DNA of 64,000 bases, from contig CAWERH010000042.1 in assembly GCA_963811315.1 (NCBI GenBank), positions 53,247-117,246 of the forward strand. The letters run 5' to 3'. Made by a program: the position numbers and the translations under genes. Shown in pieces: positions 58,559 to 64,000 of the stretch. A model generated the notes under the pieces. That model saw nothing but the letters and a program-made list of their open reading frames with translations. It searched no databases and was not told where the DNA came from. The stretch's first letter is position 1. Each line of letters starts with the position of its first letter. The DNA is from an uncultured delta proteobacterium (GTDB lineage Bacteria; Desulfobacterota; Binatia; UBA9968).

Positions 58559-60493
58559 TACCTCTCATCACCAGCAATCGAACCAGTCTGAACGTTATGC
58601 ATTGGGTTAACCGGGCATTCCATCGGCGCCGTGCTCTTTTGCTTTGCCAAATGCGCCGCCAACTTGCCCGATAGTTCCTTCACAATCAAGGGGTCTGAAC
58701 TCGACAGATCAGACTGTTCGCCCGGGTCACGGCTGAGGTCGTAAAGCTCTGCTCGCCCAGTGTCACAGCTTACGATCATCTTAAACTGCCGCCGGAGAAT
58801 CGCTAATTGGTGGGATGCTTGAAGATTCTCCCCTCCACAGGATCTTTGTAATTGACAATAACTGTCTCCCTGGCTTCGACCCCAGCTTGCTTCGTCAAGA
58901 CCAACCCATCCATCCAATTGGGTACCGCCAAACCGATGGTATCTAAGATTGTCGGCGCAATATCGCTTGACTGCGCCGGGGAAACCACCCGTTCGCCTTT
59001 CCGGTCGTGCGGCAATTTTATAATTAAGGGGACACGCACCGAGCTTTCATACAAATCTTCGCCATGGTTGAGAAATCCCCGTTCGAACGACTCGCCGTGG
59101 TCCCCGGTCAACACCAACAACAGATTTCGTGTCTGCGAGCCGCGCTCGAGAACGCTCACGAACTTTTCCAATTCCGTGTCTAGATACTCAATGGCTTCGT
59201 CATAGTGATCTCGATGGGCATCGACATACGGCTGCAGCTCCGGCTTATACCGCCCGTAGAAGTCGGAGACAATTTTATAGTTCACTTGGCGGTGATCCAG
59301 CTTGGCATACTTTTCTCTGAAGGGCGCCGGAGTCTCGTAAGGATTATGGGGTTCATGAACATGGATGAACAAGAAAAACGGTTCGGGAAGCACTGCGATC
59401 ATTCCCGTCGCGAACTTCATCGTATCACCCGCCGGGCCATAGCCCAGCGTCTTTTCAGGATAACCAAGATAAGGGAAAAATTGCGCTAATTGATTGTACA
59501 TTCTCGTTCCGGGATTCGTCGGGTAAATTCCGTTGTCGCGCAGGAATGACAGCGTCAACCTAAGAAAATTTGGATACTCTCCACGCACGAGGTATCTGAC
59601 TAAACCAAGATAGTAAAAAGTGGCATCGGCATTGCTCGTGACCGCGGCGGTCGTGTAACCCTGGTCACGCAGCAGCGCGACGAGATTCTCCGCGCTGTCG
59701 TATTCTGGCTAAAAATTTCGTCAACCGGCCATGGGTCAATGGATTTTTTCCAGAGAGGATGGTCGTCAAGCTTGTACGGGTGGAGGTGCTGTTCGAATGC
59801 ATCTCAGTGAAGACCATGCTCTGGTCTGCAAAGCGTTCGAGAAATGGAGTGGTTTTCCGCCCATAGCCGTAGAGCGACATATTCTGGGCGCGTAGGGCGT
59901 CAGCCACGAAAATCACCACGTTTGGCCGGTGCACTGAAGCGCGATTTAGAGCAGCGCGATTACTTTCTCTCAGGCGGATATTGCCGCCGATCTTTATCGC
60001 GAGGATGGCGGCGCAAGTTATCAAGATAGGCGCCGCGCAGTAAGACCAGCCATCCGCCAATGAAAAAGCCACCGGCTCGGCCGCTCCCGTCCTCTTTCGC
60101 CGCCGCCAAAGCCATGCTCCTAGGAAAAGACCCATTGCCATCAACGCATACGCGACGGCGTTAGGAGCACCGAGCAAGGCCGTCCAGAGAAACAGCGAGC
60201 GAACCAAGGCCAGCGCCGTGATCAGAACCAAAGCGCCTTTATTTGCGCTAGCATTTAACGCCAAAATCGATTCGCGCTGGAAAATAAGCGCTCCGAGCCA
60301 AGGCAGCAACGTCACGATTAGCCGTCCAGAAAACGAGAGTCGCCAGAATCGCACTACAGTCCGCGAGCTGATCGATCAGGGGCTCTGGATCGCTGAAAGA
60401 AAAACTTGCAATCAGCTCTAAAATCCAAAGATAGACGACGACGGTGAGCCATGGTCTAAGAAGTTTGCCGTACAGGCCGAATGCGCCGATCAT
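58558..60493 (-). pseudogene. membrane-anchored sulfatase-like hydrolase/transferase (LTA-synthase/sulfatase superfamily), 3 frame switches
   Basis: TM N-terminus (MIGAFGLYGKLLRPWL.. / RFWRLSFSGRLIVTLLPWLGAL..). Catalytic domain NVVIFVADALRAQNMSLYGY.. / PEYDSAENLVALLRDQGY..HVHEPHNPY..LTGDHGESF / QLAILRRQFKMIVS..ELYDLSRDPGEQSDL. Switches lie near 60300, 59707 and 58810. Confidence 0.7.
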
Positions 60494-61933
60494 TTTTCGC
60501 AGAGAAACAGCTTGCGCTCGCCCGGGTACGAGGGCAAACAGGAAACGGAGTGAAAATTCTGTTTTAAGCAAGCCTCGAGATCGTCGGCCGTATAATCGTC
60601 CAGGCCCGACACGGCGCTGGCGCCGATTTTAGCCTTCAGGGGTGCGGCAAATTCCACGAGCAGCCAACGGTTACTCAGCGCGGCGAAAATCTCGCTAATG
60701 CGAGTGATCGGTATTCGCTGGATGGCCACCACATGGTGAATCACCGCCAGCCCCATCACGAAGTCGCTACGCAGCCGATCCACGGGCGCCGGGCAGGCCA
60801 CGCCGCCGCGGCCGGGCGTCGGCGAAGCGCTGAAAACGTTTACGGCCAACGGCAAAATATTCGATCCATTCTGACGTGCTTGACGGTGACACACCGTCAA
60901 GGCCGCGATATCGGCTTCGCATGCTGTCACACGCGCGCCGTTGGCGGCGGCAAGCGCGGCATAGTGGCCGGTGTTGGCGCCCACGTCAAGAACGCTTTGC
61001 GGGCGTAAGTCAGCAAGAATTTTTTCGACCGCTTGGTGTTTTTGACGCCAGTCAGCGGGCGATAAATCGGTTTGAAAATAATTTTTATCCGCGGTGCCAT
61101 AATACCGCGCCCAATCGCTGCGCCCGCTCTCCAGTTTGAGGCTGTCGATTTTTTTGCGGAGAGAATTGAGAAATTTTACTTTGAGCTTGGTATTTCCGGG
61201 CCCGCTGTTGGCTATTTTCGAGATCGATAAGAAGCGTTGCTGCAAATCCTCGGGCAGACGCTCGAACAATTTACCTACCAGCTTCGGCGCCATCACGCTG
61301 ATGGTTTTGCGCGGATTGCGCAGTTTAAAAGAGGCCGGCAAAGCCGCCAGCAAATCACCATCCGTAACGCCGCAAAGATAATCGCGCAGCAACCAACGCG
61401 CGACTCGGTCACGGCCCGCCCCATACAAGTACAGCGGAAATAAAAAAAAATTGCAGAACTGCTGATACGGAGCCCACGAGGATGTCGTCCCGCGCCTGAA
61501 TGATCGAGCTGGCATCGATATAGACCGGCTTGGTGCCTTCGAAAAGTACATTCCATGGATGACCGTCTTGTAAAGTCAGTCTCTTCTCCGCCAGGCGAAT
61601 ACAAAGATCGAGAGTGATCAGCGCCGCGTCTTTGAGCATGCTCGGCACCCATTCATAACAGTAGGACACGACCGGCACCCGACGGTGGCGCAACACGGTT
61701 TTGCCCGACTCTGTCGTGAGATTCGTGAGTTCGCTTTCAATCAGCAAGCCGTCCCGGATCAACGTCGCAATCACGCCTTGATCTGTTAAATCTTTCCAGC
61801 GCGCTGCAAAATCCGGTTCCATCGTCCGATAAATTTCGCCATGCCACTCGAATACCCGTCCATTAGGATCGACAAAAGATTCTGTTAGCCAGCGCTGCTC
61901 ATTGGCAGGAATGATGTGCAGAGATTGCGCCAT
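60490..61933 (-). CDS. class I SAM-dependent methyltransferase with about 170-aa N-terminal domain, one frame break
   Basis: N-terminal ORF 61409-61933 (..GHPWNVLFEGTKPVYIDASSIIQARDDIL) continues as WAPYQQFCNFFLFPLYLYG.. in ORF 60490-61551, which carries VLDVGANTGHYA. The switch is near 61480. The stop overlaps the next start (ATGA). Confidence 0.7.
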
Positions 61934-62211
61934 CGCGGTGGGTAGAGACTATTTGCAGCCCCGAAAGTCTTCGGGGAATCCTACGGATATCTGTGCAGAG
62001 TCGAAAGAGACCACCGGGAAATGTAGATGAGCAACCTAGTTAGGAACGGATACTACGCGATCCACTGCAAGTCGTCTAGCACGAGCCTAATCGGATGAGT
62101 CGACGCACTCAAGGAAACCACTCGGAATCAACAGCCGGATCTACCCAAGGCAAGAAAGGTCGCGAATTGAGAGCTACTCACGCAGCCAACCAACCAGCTG
62201 ATTTGACGCGG

Positions 62212-62967
62212 TTATACGCTGATTTGCCGACCGGTTTCACCGCCCGCGCGCCGATAGGAGAAGAAATCCTCCGTCGCGCAACTGGTGCAGGGACCCATCT
62301 GAAAAAGCTGATTGCCGGGTACACCGGCGGCTCGGAGTATATCTCGATTGAGCCGGCTAAGATTGACGAACGTCTTTCCTTGCTTGACCAAGACACTCGG
62401 CGTCGTCAGCTTGCCCCATTTTTTCATCAGCGGCTCCGCCACGTCGTCTTTGACTTCATAGCAACAGGGACCGATGGACGGACCCAGGGCCACTTCGAGA
62501 TCGCCGGCAGGAACGCCGTATTGATCGGCAAATAAGCGAACGGTTCTTTCGGCGATGCCCGCTAGCGTACCGCGCCAACCCGCGTGCACCGCAGCAGCGA
62601 GTCTTTTCTTCGGCGCTACGAAGAGAATCGGCACACAGTCGGCGGTCAGCACGCCCAAATGCACACCGGGCTCGCCTGTGATCATACCATCGGCCTCGCC
62701 CACTTCCTTCAGGCTCTTGTCCTTTACTTCGACGATGTTGTCGCCGTGCACCTGCTTCATAGTCACAATTCGCCCGTCGTGGATGCCGACTGCGAGCTTC
62801 ATGTCACAGACATTTTGACTGACGATCTTCGGGTCGTCGTCGACGCGGTAAGAAAGGTTTAAACCCGCGTACCGGCCGACGCTCTTGCCGCCGCGCCGAC
62901 CGATAAACCCATGTAGTAGCCCAGGATATGTTTCCCATTGGGGCACTTTGAGGCGATTGATTTCCAT
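62212..62967 (-). CDS. pgeF: YfiH/PgeF-family (DUF152, laccase-domain) protein
   Basis: LLHGFIGRRGG, MKQVHGDNIV and VHAGWRGTLAGI motifs. Met at 62967 was chosen over the longer ORF start. Confidence 0.8.
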   Translation of the reverse strand: MEINRLKVPQWETYPGLLHGFIGRRGGKSVGRYAGLNLSYRVDDDPKIVSQNVCDMKLAVGIHDGRIVTMKQVHGDNIVEVKDKSLKEVGEADGMITGEPGVHLGVLTADCVPILFVAPKKRLAAAVHAGWRGTLAGIAERTVRLFADQYGVPAGDLEVALGPSIGPCCYEVKDDVAEPLMKKWGKLTTPSVLVKQGKTFVNLSRLNRDILRAAGVPGNQLFQMGPCTSCATEDFFSYRRAGGETGRQISV

Positions 62968-63147
62968 AGGGGAAATTATGATGGTTCGATGGCTAATCTG
63001 CAATAGTTTCAGGGCTGTCATCCCATTGCATCAAGCTTACCGGCTGGCGATTTCCGGTTCTTCGTGCCGCTAGTTGGCCGCAGTCAACGGGATCTTTGTG
63101 CTTCAAATATTGCCCGGAGACATCGAGGCGAGTAAGCTGAGCAAATT

Positions 63148-64000
63148 ATGGCCGATGGCAAATACAGCGAGACTTTGAAGCAGCCGGGATTCTTAGCCTT
63201 TTTCTGGACCCAGTTTCTCGGCGCATTCAATGACAACTTTTTGAAGATCGTAGTTTCCTTTATCGCTCTGGATCTGGCGACAAGAGGATCTTCGAGCTAC
63301 GTCGAAGTGATCGCCTTTCTTTTCATCCTGCCGTCCGCGCTCTTTTCCGGTTATGCCGGCCATCTCGCCGACGTCTACAGCAAGCGAAACATTCTCGTCG
63401 CGGTAAAGTTTTTCGAAATCATCATCATGATTTTGGCGCTTGCCGCTTTTTTTACCGGTCACTTCGACTCCATGCTCGCCCTCGTCTTTCTCATGGGCCT
63501 TCACGCCGCGTTTTTTAGCCCGGCGAAGTACGGCATTCTGCCGGAAATGCTGCCGGACAAGGATCTCTCGCGCGGCAACGGGCTCCTGGAGATGAGCACC
63601 TTCATGGCGATCATTCTGGGAACTTCTCTCGGCGGGGCGCTTTTCGCATCTTGGAAACACAATCTTCCTCTGATCGGCGTCGTCATGATCGCCATCGCGA
63701 TTCTCGGCGCAATGAGCAGTTTGGGCATCCCGCGCGTGCCCGCTTCCGGCGCGGCCAAACTCTTTCGGATCAATCCCTTCGGCGAGATTCTCGGCGGCCT
63801 CGGACGTTTGCGCGGCGACCGAACGCTTTGGCTCACGGTGTTCGGCATTTCCTATTTCTGGTTTCTCGGCGCGCTGGTGCAGATCAATATTTTGTTTTTC
63901 GGCAAGGAACTGCTGCAACTGGATGAATTTCACATCGGCTTGCTGGGCACTTTTCTGGCGATCGGCATCGGCGCGGGCAGCCTCGCCGCCGGCCGTCTCT
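63148..64000 (+). CDS. MFS transporter of the LplT type (often the N-terminal part of acyltransferase/acyl-ACP synthetase fusions), partial
   Basis: An open frame from ATG 63148 to the window end is absent from the ORF track because it has no stop: MADGKYSETLKQPGFLAFFWTQFLGAFNDNFLKIVVSF..AFFSPAKYGILPEML. Track ORF 63193-63933(-) is its antisense shadow. Confidence 0.75.
   Translation, partial: MADGKYSETLKQPGFLAFFWTQFLGAFNDNFLKIVVSFIALDLATRGSSSYVEVIAFLFILPSALFSGYAGHLADVYSKRNILVAVKFFEIIIMILALAAFFTGHFDSMLALVFLMGLHAAFFSPAKYGILPEMLPDKDLSRGNGLLEMSTFMAIILGTSLGGALFASWKHNLPLIGVVMIAIAILGAMSSLGIPRVPASGAAKLFRINPFGEILGGLGRLRGDRTLWLTVFGISYFWFLGALVQINILFFGKELLQLDEFHIGLLGTFLAIGIGAGSLAAGRL

Noticed and set aside
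61934-62211. 6S RNA, RNase P RNA, tmRNA or SRP RNA in the long spacer
   Set aside because: None of the conserved sequence blocks I know for these RNAs is present. It is kept only as an unexplained structured spacer.
63193-63933. 246-aa minus-strand ORF
   Set aside because: The plus strand carries an uninterrupted LplT-like MFS frame from 63148 to the window end. That frame is missing from the track only because it has no stop in the window.
1-64000. Programmed ribosomal frameshifting as the explanation for the frame switches
   Set aside because: There are far too many sites, in unrelated genes and in both directions, with no recurring slippery heptamer or downstream structure. Several genes also carry deletions.

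Overview
GC-rich bacterial chromosomal window, tightly packed with about 60 protein genes. I found no rRNA, tRNA, CRISPR array, transposase or integrase. Most genes are metabolic or transport genes. Recognisable core genes are pyk, etfBA, pncB, fabF-fabH, tatA-tatC, pdaD, a split biotin-dependent acyl-CoA carboxylase and mltA. Accessory genes include four NitT/TauT-type (NMT1-like) solute-binding proteins with one complete ABC transporter, a peptide-type ABC transporter lacking ATPases, methyltransferases, and several catabolic enzymes (amidohydrolase, LLM oxidoreductase, gentisate-dioxygenase-like cupin, UbiD and PhtD-like decarboxylases, FAH, two ornithine-cyclodeaminase-like paralogues). 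Envelope and lipid genes are MlaC, a ~1200-aa DUF748 protein, a sulfatase-like membrane protein and a partial LplT-like MFS. I did not find a clear, self-contained novel system such as a defence island or RiPP cluster. The most unusual signals are three. (1) I count roughly 45 frame switches plus at least three real deletions, strongly clustered in accessory genes, while about 14 kb of core genes is clean. (2) There are two kinds of intergenic palindromic elements: a GGGCGCGA..TCGCGCCC-CTAC REP-like hairpin, and long hairpins whose arms are tandem 7-8 nt words, with a different word at different loci. (3) A few small gene modules merit a look, namely a PaaA-like di-iron oxygenase with a 63-aa partner next to etfBA, a sigma-54-type promoter with upstream palindromes, and a translationally coupled methyltransferase/sulfatase-like/small-membrane-protein operon. 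All product calls come from motif recognition in the supplied translations and no database search was run. Taxonomy cannot be assigned from the sequence alone.
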